Source of the DNA: an uncultured Solirubrobacterales bacterium
GTDB lineage: Bacteria; Actinomycetota; Thermoleophilia; Solirubrobacterales; 70-9
Direction: 5' to 3'
NCBI GenBank assembly: GCA_963749605.1
Contig: CAVVNN010000003.1
Span: forward strand, 85,579 to 149,578
DNA length: 64,000 nt
A model generated the notes under the pieces. The model was not told the origin of the DNA and did no database searches. It worked only from the letters and a program-made list of their open reading frames with translations. This document shows positions 37,000 to 46,036 of the stretch, one piece after another; position 1 is the stretch's first letter, and every line of letters starts with the position of its first letter. The translations under genes and the position numbers were made by a program.

Positions 37000-37977
37000 A
37001 TGAAGGGCGGCAAGCTCCCAACACAAGCTCAGCAGAAGGAAATAGGAGTTCACTTCGATGAACTGGCAGCCTTACTGAGTCTCGACCAGATCCGGGGCTT
37101 TGGACCCGGCGCATTTCGCGCCACCTACGAGGGGAAAGTCAGCGCCGAGGCATTGCTGGCAGACGCAAGCCTCCTGCCTCTTGAAGGCAAGCGCGGGGAG
37201 ACACTTCGCAAAGGCATAGCGGCGCTCACGTCGACCGAGCGAGAGCTTGCGAACAATCGCGCAGAACGCCAGTTGCAGCGCGCCGCAGAGCTAGGGGTAC
37301 GCATCCTCACCTATCGGCACCCTGCCTACCCACCCAACCTGCTCGCCTCCAACAATGCAGTCCCGATCTTGTACGCAAGCGGCGACGTAAGCGTCCTGAA
37401 GAAGGTCGACGTCGTCGCTTGCGTCGGTTCTCGAAAGATTCGCCCTCAATACATCAAGCGCCTAGAGACGTTTAGTGAATTGGCCTCAAAGGCCGGTTGG
37501 CTAGTTGCCTCTGGCTTTGCCAATGGCGCTGATACGGCTGCCCATCAAGCAGCGATCGCGGCCGGCGGCGCCACGGTGCTTGTGATGCCGAGTGGCGTCG
37601 ACATCCCTTTTCCACCCGAGAATCGAGACCTATGGAAGAAATGGCATGGCGAGCCTCAGGTGGCGATGATTAGCGAGTTTCCGCTTGGCACGAAGGCCTC
37701 CTCGCTGACACTGCGGAAGCGCAACAAGACGATTGTCGGCGTCTCAAGGGCGGTCCTGGTTGCCCAGAGCTCCGTCAAGGGCGGGACGATGAATGCCTAC
37801 CGCTTTGCGCTCGAACAACGCAAGCCAATCCTTACCTTCGCCCCGGATCACCAATCCGACACCGGCGGCAACCGACTCATTCAAGAAGAGACGGACAGAC
37901 AGGAAGACCTTCTCAGTGAACACGCCCCTTCCCTACCTGAGCTTGAGCGTTGGCTCGCGCAATCCTCTTCGACCTAG
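37000..37977 (+). CDS. DprA/Smf-like (SLOG-superfamily Rossmann) protein
   Basis: DprA core: VACVGSRK, ASGFANGADTAAHQAAIAAGGATVLVMPSGVD, EFPLGT, RNKTIVG, GGTMNAY. Confidence 0.75.
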   Translation: MKGGKLPTQAQQKEIGVHFDELAALLSLDQIRGFGPGAFRATYEGKVSAEALLADASLLPLEGKRGETLRKGIAALTSTERELANNRAERQLQRAAELGVRILTYRHPAYPPNLLASNNAVPILYASGDVSVLKKVDVVACVGSRKIRPQYIKRLETFSELASKAGWLVASGFANGADTAAHQAAIAAGGATVLVMPSGVDIPFPPENRDLWKKWHGEPQVAMISEFPLGTKASSLTLRKRNKTIVGVSRAVLVAQSSVKGGTMNAYRFALEQRKPILTFAPDHQSDTGGNRLIQEETDRQEDLLSEHAPSLPELERWLAQSSST

Positions 37978-38534
37978 ACGGCACCGTTTGGGACAGCAGG
38001 CACTGGTATGCCGAGCTGCTCTGTGATCGCGGCGCTGGGCCGGTCGACGAGCAGTTGAAACGCATTGAAGGCGGCCAGCCAGCCGCAAGTTTGCTTCGCA
38101 AAGCAGGACTCTCCACAGCGCAGTTCAACAGTGCCTGCGCCCTCAGCGTCCCGCCGCTATATGAAGGAATGGCCGGTGCGATGCGCCGCTTAGCTGATGC
38201 GGGCACTCGGCTCGGTGCCGTGACCAACCTGCCCAAATGGCTGTATGCGCCGATGCTCTCTTCCTACGGCGAGGCTTTGCCGTTCGAGGCAGTCGTCGGC
38301 TGGAGCGACACGCGGCGAAAGCCGAACCCCGACCCGCTAGAACTCGCTATGAAGCGCCTTGAGATTGAGCCGGGGCCTATGCATTGGTATGTCGGAGACA
38401 CCAGCTCGGACGCCCAGGCTACAAGCGCCGCTGGAATGAGTTTCGCCTGGGCCACCTGGGGATACGACCTGACCTGTCCAGAAGGGGTGGAGTGCCGCCT
38501 GAAAAGTCCGGGACAGCTCGTAGAGCTCTTATGA
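37950..38534 (+). CDS. HAD-superfamily phosphatase
   Basis: Motif I ILFDLDGTVWDS, motif II VTNLP, C-terminal GDTSSD. The TTG start overlaps the DprA-like 3' end by 28 nt. Confidence 0.75.
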   Translation: MARAILFDLDGTVWDSRHWYAELLCDRGAGPVDEQLKRIEGGQPAASLLRKAGLSTAQFNSACALSVPPLYEGMAGAMRRLADAGTRLGAVTNLPKWLYAPMLSSYGEALPFEAVVGWSDTRRKPNPDPLELAMKRLEIEPGPMHWYVGDTSSDAQATSAAGMSFAWATWGYDLTCPEGVECRLKSPGQLVELL

Positions 38535-39601
38535 AATTCGCCTACAAGATCAATTCGTCCTTCGACGGTTTCACACCCGCAGTGCTCCCTGAACGCATGT
38601 ATCGAAAACGGTTGACGCTGGGCTGGAAGCGCTACATCGAGACCGTAGAGATGGACGCCGAAGTGTGGATCCACTTTCGCGGTCCAGATCGTTGGGTGGA
38701 CGGCGTCTATGCAGAGGGCACGGTCAGGCGGATCGACCTCGATACCCGGGAGGTGGTGGTCCGCGTTGACCGCTACTCGACCGAGGAGCCGCTCACGGAC
38801 CAGAAGACGTCTGAGGCGATTGCCCGGGTCGTCTCTACGCCGTATCGCCAGGTCTTCTATCTGCCTGATGACCTGCTGCGAGTCTTCGATTGCGACATCA
38901 ACGGCGATGCAAGAAGTTGCGCCAAGCGTCGCTGCAGTCAATGCGTGGCCTGGCCTCGGCTGCCGCGGGTGAGGGACGCGGAACTAACTCTGCCATCGCG
39001 TTTACAGGGGTCAAAAATCAGTGGCTATGCGCCTGCCTACTGGGTAATCGCCAGCCGCTCCTGGCCTGTCAGCGGCGGCCGGGCTGCTCGAGCTGGCATC
39101 AATGACACCACCTACGTCTTCAAGCGGTTCAAGACGGGAACCGAGAAGCTCGCATATCCGCTTGCCCGCGGCATTGCGGCTGCGTTGCAAGAACGCGATT
39201 TGGAAACAGCCGATTTCATCGTTCCGATCCCGCTATCTCCCGACAAGGCAAAAGCCGGCGAGTTCCACCGAACGCTGGCGCTCGCCAAGGAGCTTTCGCA
39301 GCTCCTAGGCATCGACGTGCGCCAAGCGCTGCATCTCGATCGGCCGATTTCCAAGCGAGCACTCGACCTGAGGGCAGATCAATTCGAGCGGCGATATGCG
39401 GAGGCACTGAGCTGCAGGGGAATGCGGCCTCGGCCAACTCGCGTGTTGCTGCTTGACGACGTTTGTACTCACGGGAGCACACTCGCGGTAGCAACCAAAG
39501 CGATACAGGAGCGAGTCCACGATTGCGAGGTGGTCGCCTGCACCGCCGGGCAGATGACCGTCGTTGAGGCACTCGCTGACGGCGAACAACTCCTGAAGTA
39601 A
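38531..39601 (+). CDS. ComF-like phosphoribosyltransferase with an extra about 170-aa N-terminal region
   Basis: ATG 38531 overlaps the HAD stop (ATGA). Cys pair CAKRRCSQC. PRPP-binding loop VLLLDDVCTHGSTL near the C-terminus. Confidence 0.7.
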   Translation: MKFAYKINSSFDGFTPAVLPERMYRKRLTLGWKRYIETVEMDAEVWIHFRGPDRWVDGVYAEGTVRRIDLDTREVVVRVDRYSTEEPLTDQKTSEAIARVVSTPYRQVFYLPDDLLRVFDCDINGDARSCAKRRCSQCVAWPRLPRVRDAELTLPSRLQGSKISGYAPAYWVIASRSWPVSGGRAARAGINDTTYVFKRFKTGTEKLAYPLARGIAAALQERDLETADFIVPIPLSPDKAKAGEFHRTLALAKELSQLLGIDVRQALHLDRPISKRALDLRADQFERRYAEALSCRGMRPRPTRVLLLDDVCTHGSTLAVATKAIQERVHDCEVVACTAGQMTVVEALADGEQLLK

Positions 39602-39669
39602 TCGCGATAGAGCAACAACCCGGTGAATCCACATACAAACCGGGGCCCTGCAGGACCAGGGGCTTCCTG

Positions 39670-42600
39670 CTACGAAACGTGTAACTCCAGAGGCGTAAGC
39701 TCAGGCAGTGGATCCTGATCTACGCTGCCTGTTGCGGCGCGATAGTTCGCATCAAGCGCCGGGGCCATCAACACCAGCTCCGTCAGTCGTCGGGCAATAC
39801 TTCGAAACTGTCTTGCCTCGACGAATGTCAAAGGTCGGCCAAGAATGACGTTCTCTCGATACGACAGCCACTTTCGAAGTACCTGAAAACCGCCAACCTT
39901 GAAACTCCAGACAGTCTCGGGAACACCTCGCCAGTACGTCTTGTCATTGAGGTAGACGTCGAGCACGGTATCTCCAAGCAGCTCAAGTTGGCTAGCGCTG
40001 AGGGTCGCGTGTTCCTCTGACGTTCGGGGCCGCCTCACAATCATCCCCGCGCCGGGCATCACGATGCGACTGATAGCTCCACTTTTATTCTGCTTTCGGA
40101 TTTGTGCATGCCCCCAGCCGACGGTTAGATCAAGATCGGCAGCACGCAGCGAACCTCCCCCCTTGTGCTCAATGGAAGCAATCGATTGCAACCGAACGGA
40201 GGCCGAGGTATCCAGACCTGGCAGGGGCGTGTCGATGTCGAGCAGCCCAGCAATCCTCACACCAAGGTTTGCTGAATCCTCTAGGTGATCGCGGGTGATC
40301 GGCAGCGGAACGCGCGGCCAATCATTCCGGATTGCGTCCCCGTTCTCTTCTAGGTAAAGCGGGGAGTATCCGATGGCCAAGGCGTGAAGCCAGATCAGCC
40401 GAGCAGATCCTCGCGACGTATCCGCATCGTCATAGCCGAGCTCTGCCAAATAGTTGTGTGCGAGCTGAGACAAGTTAGGACGCCATGGCAGTCCTGATTG
40501 CGCCGTCTCTTCCACTGGGAATAGACGATCCGCTGCATCATCGTCCTTAGGTTCCTCTGCGAGCAGCAGCGGCACTGCATAGGCATCTTTGTGAAGCACG
40601 TGCTGGTCGACTAAATGTTGCGACAACATGAACGCTGCCCCATCAAGGGCTCGAGGAGAGCGTTTACGAAAAAGCAAAAAGTCGCTCCCCACCTTTGCCG
40701 CCTCGAGGAACTGTGGACGCGGCCGGTTCCACAGCTTTGGCGTGGGGTCTATGTATGCCCATCGAACGTCGAACGGTTTGGTTTGAAATAGCTTCAGGCG
40801 CTCGGTATCAAATGCGCTGTCCTTAAGCATTCGTTTCCTGGTCGCAGCAGCATCGTACCCCGACCACGGTTCGAGGAGGCCATCAGCGATCTCCGGGTCA
40901 ATCTGCTCAACGTTGCGCTTATCGTCAAGGAAATGCCGCATGCGGCGCTCAAGTACGTCTCTGTCGAGATCAATGAGAGCCTCACCACGGTTCTCGTTGA
41001 GTCCAAGATCGGCTCGCGCAGCGGCTAGCTCTATCAACTTGGGCCAGGCTTCGTAGCCAAGCCGCGGATTCCATCGCCGCAGTCGGTACCAATTCTTCTC
41101 GTTTGGCGATAGCTGCTCGTAGGGAGGGCCTTCTTGGTTCTTGTCAAGCGACGCTCCGAGGTCAGCCAGCTTCGTTGAGCCCCAGAAGTCACGGTACATC
41201 GCCTGAAACTCACTTACCTTGTGATCCTCAGTCCGCACAAGCAGTGTGATCGCAGTGCCCACTTGAATGCCACTTGGACTGGCCTCGCTCGAAAAGACGC
41301 TCGGGTCTGGTTTGCCATCGGGGGTTTTCTTTCCCGTCTCCCGGCTGTCTCCATTCAGATTGTCAACATAGGCGTGATCGAACGCTCGCATTAGGTGCTG
41401 GCGCATTAGGACCGTTGATGGGTCGCCTAGCCATCCGAAGTTCGAGATGAAGCAGATGATGCCCCGTCCCGTCTGCTCCGCGATTCGTCGCTCCGCCACC
41501 CGGAAGAAGCGCACGTAATAATCATCGAGCTTGTTCTTCGTCACTTCCCAAGGCGGTTCGGACAGTCCCGCCTTGTAGGGGGCGATGAGATCGTCATCGC
41601 TCTGCTCACGGATCCCAGCGAAGCCGTTGTAAGGCGGGTTACCCAGAACCACCAGAATCGGCTCGGATCGCTTGACGTTGCCGGCGGCCTCCCGCTCGGA
41701 TTGGAACTCGACTATGTCGAGAAAGCTCTCCTCCGCATCGCGCCAACCGGTAAGCGCGTTGGTCAGATAGACCGAGGGGCGCTCTTCGGCGCGTGAGTCC
41801 AGCGGTGCCCTCAGCTCGTCCAGAAAAAGCCCGAGCTGGAGATGGGTGATGATGAACGGAGCAGGGAGGACCTCAAATCCGTGGAAGCGCTTCAGCGCAG
41901 CTTCCTTGACCTCTTGTCCGGCGAGACCGTCCCCGTACTCGTCTTCGAGAACCTCCACCGTCTTCTTCAGAGCCTCGATCAAAAAGGAGCCAGTTCCGGT
42001 GCAGGGGTCAAGGACGTGGACCCGCTCATCCGCGAGGCCGAGCGGAATGTCCATATCTCGCTGTAGCGACTCATGAACTCGGGCGACCATGTAGCGGACG
42101 ACCTCGGGGGGCGTGAACCAGACGCCGAGTTCTCGTCGCAGGCGAGGGTCATAGGCCTGAAGAAACGGCTCATAGAAGTAGCGAACCGCCTCCCGCCGCT
42201 CGAATTTCTCGAAGAATGTCCGTCGGTCGACGCGGGCGAAGACATCCTCAGTCCAGTCAAGTATCTGGTCGAGGCCAGCAGGCAGATTCCGCGGAGTCAC
42301 CAGAAGGTCGAAAAGCACCCGAACCATCGGCACATTCAGAGTCCAATTTGCCTTCTGCCAAGAGAACCTGGCGCTGCTCTCTGGAGACTGTTCGGCACTC
42401 CAGTTGACCCAGGAGGCAAAGACTCCATAAAAGAGCGTTTGAACCAGTGCGGATCTGAAGAACTCCTCGCCGGCATCGGCCTCAAAGCGCAGGCCCAAGG
42501 CATCCTCGAAGGCCGACTTGAGAGCTGCCAATCCTTTTAGCTCACCGGCTTCTTCGATTCTGGTACGTGCAATCTGTGCGTATGCGGCGAGAAAACTGGC

Positions 42601-43233
42601 GAGATCCTCGGGCGAAGACAGCGGGGCGTCAGCGAGGAGTACCCGGCGCAGAAACTGCTCCAACTCCTCCCCCTTGGAATCGTCGGCACCGGACTCTGCG
42701 AGGCTCCAGAAGGTCGACTCAGAGTTGGTGATCGCGAAGCCCTCACCCTCAATCACCTCGCCCTGCTCATTAAGCCGAAGATGCCTGAATTCGCGATAGT
42801 TGGTGATCAGGACCTGTCCGTAGTGGTCCAGGTATTTCGCGACCTGCTTGCTCCGCGCAAGGCGATTCAAATTGGTGCTTGCCGGTTTTATCTCCATGAC
42901 TCCCCGCTCGGGGGAGCGGACCTCGATCGAGATCCTGTTGGAGTCGGAGAGCTTGAGGCTGCGTTTTAGGAAGAGGGCCCCGTCTGGAATTCCCGAGCCG
43001 CGATTCTTTGGCGTCAAGACGCAGTGAACAGACGGGGAAACGTTTCCGCCCACCGCGTTAATAAGCTCGGCGAGCACCGGGTAGTAGGACGTCTCATCAC
43101 TTGCCTCGCCGGAGGCTCGAATGCGCGTCATCTCGCTCAGGTACTCCGCGAGGACACCCATGACTCGTGTCGTTCGACTGGCGGGCTCTAATTCATTCCA
43201 AGGGCGGTTTCCTGGGAACCAAGTTGCAGTCAT
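39670..43233 (-). CDS. Single-chain restriction-modification enzyme (Type IIG/IIL-like N6-adenine methyltransferase)
   Basis: 1187 aa. N-terminal PD-(D/E)xK-like pair (GIPDGALF ... VMEIKP), SAM motif VLDPCTGTGSFL, catalytic GNPPYNGF, C-terminal type-ISP-like WSFKVGGFQVLRKWLSYRE. Confidence 0.75.
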   Translation of the reverse strand: MTATWFPGNRPWNELEPASRTTRVMGVLAEYLSEMTRIRASGEASDETSYYPVLAELINAVGGNVSPSVHCVLTPKNRGSGIPDGALFLKRSLKLSDSNRISIEVRSPERGVMEIKPASTNLNRLARSKQVAKYLDHYGQVLITNYREFRHLRLNEQGEVIEGEGFAITNSESTFWSLAESGADDSKGEELEQFLRRVLLADAPLSSPEDLASFLAAYAQIARTRIEEAGELKGLAALKSAFEDALGLRFEADAGEEFFRSALVQTLFYGVFASWVNWSAEQSPESSARFSWQKANWTLNVPMVRVLFDLLVTPRNLPAGLDQILDWTEDVFARVDRRTFFEKFERREAVRYFYEPFLQAYDPRLRRELGVWFTPPEVVRYMVARVHESLQRDMDIPLGLADERVHVLDPCTGTGSFLIEALKKTVEVLEDEYGDGLAGQEVKEAALKRFHGFEVLPAPFIITHLQLGLFLDELRAPLDSRAEERPSVYLTNALTGWRDAEESFLDIVEFQSEREAAGNVKRSEPILVVLGNPPYNGFAGIREQSDDDLIAPYKAGLSEPPWEVTKNKLDDYYVRFFRVAERRIAEQTGRGIICFISNFGWLGDPSTVLMRQHLMRAFDHAYVDNLNGDSRETGKKTPDGKPDPSVFSSEASPSGIQVGTAITLLVRTEDHKVSEFQAMYRDFWGSTKLADLGASLDKNQEGPPYEQLSPNEKNWYRLRRWNPRLGYEAWPKLIELAAARADLGLNENRGEALIDLDRDVLERRMRHFLDDKRNVEQIDPEIADGLLEPWSGYDAAATRKRMLKDSAFDTERLKLFQTKPFDVRWAYIDPTPKLWNRPRPQFLEAAKVGSDFLLFRKRSPRALDGAAFMLSQHLVDQHVLHKDAYAVPLLLAEEPKDDDAADRLFPVEETAQSGLPWRPNLSQLAHNYLAELGYDDADTSRGSARLIWLHALAIGYSPLYLEENGDAIRNDWPRVPLPITRDHLEDSANLGVRIAGLLDIDTPLPGLDTSASVRLQSIASIEHKGGGSLRAADLDLTVGWGHAQIRKQNKSGAISRIVMPGAGMIVRRPRTSEEHATLSASQLELLGDTVLDVYLNDKTYWRGVPETVWSFKVGGFQVLRKWLSYRENVILGRPLTFVEARQFRSIARRLTELVLMAPALDANYRAATGSVDQDPLPELTPLELHVS

Positions 43234-43298
43234 ACACGAGAGAGGTCATGCCCGGGCTCGCTGCAGCAGGGGAAGAATGAGTGCGCCCACAGACCCAG

Positions 43299-43895
43299 CT
43301 AAGTGAGGACTTCGTCGCCACAGACACGGCCCTGAATGTGAGCAGCCTTAAGTGATCGCTTGATCTGCGCCTCAAGCGGATCGCGGTTCCTTGACGCGAT
43401 CGGCAGTCGGACCTGCATGCTGGTGTCTCCCCACGGTGCATCGTCGGGTGACACGGGCCGATGAACCCAGCTTGCCGGCGATAATTGAGATGCCCTTAGA
43501 GTGTGGACTGCCCGTTCAACATCGGCGTTGTTGATGAGCAAAGGAAGCTCTGTGTTGTCCCCCGGCCCCGCTGAGTGCTCCCAGGCCCAAAGGCGGCGAG
43601 GGACGAGCAGCTGAATTCCACGTCGGTGACGCCAGGCTGTTCCAAGTCGGTCCGAAGCGATTGCCATGCTCACGCCGAGCACCACGGTCGCGGGACGGGA
43701 GAGATCGACGATGTAGGCGCTGGCGACAGCTCCGGCGACGGCCGGGATAACGACAAGGATCCGCAACAGGAAATCGACCATGGGTCGCCACAAGCAACGC
43801 CAGCGCTCGTACTCCCGCAAGAGCCGAAACCGATCGAGGTAGTCGGCGTCTTGCGGGTACCACGGCCATCCACTTTGGTCGACACCTCCGATCAT
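43299..43895 (-). CDS. Hypothetical membrane protein
   Basis: 198 aa from ATG 43893-43895, one TM (LLRILVVIPAVAGAVASAYIV). The upstream part of the track ORF overlaps the next gene and is discarded. Confidence 0.4.
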   Translation of the reverse strand: MIGGVDQSGWPWYPQDADYLDRFRLLREYERWRCLWRPMVDFLLRILVVIPAVAGAVASAYIVDLSRPATVVLGVSMAIASDRLGTAWRHRRGIQLLVPRRLWAWEHSAGPGDNTELPLLINNADVERAVHTLRASQLSPASWVHRPVSPDDAPWGDTSMQVRLPIASRNRDPLEAQIKRSLKAAHIQGRVCGDEVLT

Positions 43896-43935
43896 CGATC
43901 GGAGAGTAGCTCTGACCGCGTGACGCCTGCTGGTC

Positions 43936-45606
43936 CTAGCCGCTGCCGGCGCCGGGTATGACTTTGCCGAGTAGGGCGTTGACGCCGCTGCCGGTGAGCC
44001 CCCAGAGGAAAAGAGTGCTGTAGTTGAGCACCGGATCGGAGCCGAACGTGCTGTTGTCGAGGTAGAGCTCTTTGAGACCGGCGAGGATGAAGGCAACGAC
44101 CAAGATTGTTCGCAGCACCCAGGGAAGCGCGTAGATACTGAGCCAGACGATAACGCGACCGGTGCGGTGCCAGACCCGCTTGGCCCATGCTCTTAGCTTC
44201 GTCCAAGCCAAACTGAGTTGTCGGCCGCGTCGTGCGGACTCCCCTTCGGTTTTTTGGCGCCCCGACCGCGGCTGCCTGCCGTAGAAGATCTCCGCTCCCG
44301 GCGTCGCTCGCACCTTGGGAGATTTTCCGACGAAAGCCCATAGATCCGTTTGGGCCGCCTTGGCTGCCGTCGTGTCGCCCCGCTCGATCGCCTTCCGCAA
44401 GGCGCCCAGCGGCTCGGAGATCCCATCCGGGAGCGGCTTCCCAGGATGCGCCTTCTCGACTTCGATCAGCAGTGTCCGCACTTCGCCCAGCCACTCGATG
44501 TATTGGCCGATCGCAGCGCGGGCCTCTTTTGCCGCATCCAGCCTGCCGTGCAGAGCCAAGTCGCGGGCGGCATCGAGCCTGCCCTCCAGCAGAACTCGGT
44601 CATCCAGCGCCAACGATCGCGTTTTCTTGCGCAGGGAGCGCAGTTCACGCAACTCTTCTGCCCTCGCTTTGGTGCGCCCAGCGAACCAGATGAGGAACTG
44701 GACAAGCAGTGCTATAAGGATGGCGATGATCGCGTAGAGAGGGCCCACCTTCACGTCTAGTTCGAGCGGCAGTGCCACCCGCTTGTCGGCACCAAGCACC
44801 GTGAGGTAGATGGCTCCCATGTAATGGCCGGGATCGAGGTCGCTGCGTTTGACCTCGATTGGCTTCAGCACCGAAGTGCTCTGGGGGAGTAGTTCGAACT
44901 GTTGAGCGGAGGACCTCAGGGCGTCGGGGGCGATCACTTCTCCGCCCGGATTACGGGTCAGAGCGATCTGCACTCCAGTCACCTGAGCGGGGCTTTGCGA
45001 CGCGTTGTCGACCTGCGGGGCGAACTCATCGCGGCGAGCGGCAGCGCGGGTAAGAAATTCAAGGATTCCCCCAGGCCCACACGACAGAGTCCGGCAATTG
45101 ACCATCTGCAAGTGAAGGGTCTTGTCGGCGCCGCCAACGAAGCTCACGTCGGCCGCACCCGAGGCGACCACGGTCAGCGCAATCCGACACGCGCCACGAT
45201 CCGCGCGAATCACGCCTTTGTATTCACCGGCGAAGCGAACGTCTTTGGCAGTGATCTTGACGTCTCGTGACTCGCCCTTTTCCAGCGGGGCATCAAGATT
45301 GGTAATTTCTATTTCACTGGTGCTAATCCGGTGCGGTATCGAGTCAGTGGACACCAGCGCACTTGCAAGGAAAAAGGGCTGCGCTCCTTTCCGCAGCCCA
45401 GTAAGGCGCAACGATCCGGTGAACGTTTCCGCGACGCCGAGGACACCGTTCATGCGTAATGAATGAGGTGCGACTCGGGCGCCACCGCAATTCTGGAGGC
45501 TCTCGGCGGGAGTGGAGGTGGCCGTGGCGTAGGTCGGAGCAAGTAGCAATGTCGCGCCGGCGAGCGCCACGATCCCCGTGACTCCACGTACGTTGAAGCG
45601 CTCCAC
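43936..45606 (-). CDS. Hypothetical secreted/membrane protein (signal peptide, mid and C-terminal TM helices)
   Basis: 556 aa, GTG start. Signal-like VTGIVALAGATLLLAPTYATA, TM PLYAIIAILIALLVQFLIWF, C-terminal TMs. No recognisable catalytic motif. Confidence 0.5.
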   Translation of the reverse strand: MERFNVRGVTGIVALAGATLLLAPTYATATSTPAESLQNCGGARVAPHSLRMNGVLGVAETFTGSLRLTGLRKGAQPFFLASALVSTDSIPHRISTSEIEITNLDAPLEKGESRDVKITAKDVRFAGEYKGVIRADRGACRIALTVVASGAADVSFVGGADKTLHLQMVNCRTLSCGPGGILEFLTRAAARRDEFAPQVDNASQSPAQVTGVQIALTRNPGGEVIAPDALRSSAQQFELLPQSTSVLKPIEVKRSDLDPGHYMGAIYLTVLGADKRVALPLELDVKVGPLYAIIAILIALLVQFLIWFAGRTKARAEELRELRSLRKKTRSLALDDRVLLEGRLDAARDLALHGRLDAAKEARAAIGQYIEWLGEVRTLLIEVEKAHPGKPLPDGISEPLGALRKAIERGDTTAAKAAQTDLWAFVGKSPKVRATPGAEIFYGRQPRSGRQKTEGESARRGRQLSLAWTKLRAWAKRVWHRTGRVIVWLSIYALPWVLRTILVVAFILAGLKELYLDNSTFGSDPVLNYSTLFLWGLTGSGVNALLGKVIPGAGSG

Positions 45607-45686
45607 AGCGCGACACTCTCACACTGCACAGGACATTTCAAGTGTTTAACGAAGCGCGCGGGCGATGAGAGCTTGCGGCACCGCAG

Positions 45687-45970
45687 TCAAAGCATCCCGT
45701 ATCGCGCACTGCTCTTCGCGGTCACACGGATGCCCTCCTTCGACCGCTTGATCTCGCCCTTTGCCTCTAACCGCCGAGCCAAAGACCCCGCCTGGTTCGC
45801 CGACACTCCATGGCCTTCGCGATCCCCGCGACCGACGCCCCCGGGTTCGCCTCGACCGCCGCCAGGAACTGCTTGCGCGCCGATCCTCTGCTGCGGGCAA
45901 TCGACGTCAACCGTCGTTCGCGCGTCGTCAAGCGACGCTTCCTCCTGGCCCCTACCACGATCTCCAGCAC
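45687..45970 (-). pseudogene. Small winged-helix regulator, apparently frameshifted
   Basis: The ORF 45767-45970 frame reads ...QFLAAVEANPGASVAGIAKAM. The ORF 45687-46145 frame continues GVSANQAGSLARRLEAKGEIKRSKEGIRV. The junction is at about 45806-45812. Divergent from the sulfotransferase gene. Confidence 0.5.
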
Positions 45971-46036
45971 CGTCCGTGTCCTGCGCCAAGCTTCCGGCCC
46001 TTGTCTTCGGCCGACGGGCGGGGCAGGGTATAGCGG

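Noticed and set aside
27950-45650. I looked for an integrase, transposase, or a direct repeat of the tRNA-Asp 3' end that would define a mobile island.
   Set aside because: None was recognisable in any frame by eye, so no mobile_element feature is reported. The island call rests only on composition and gene content.
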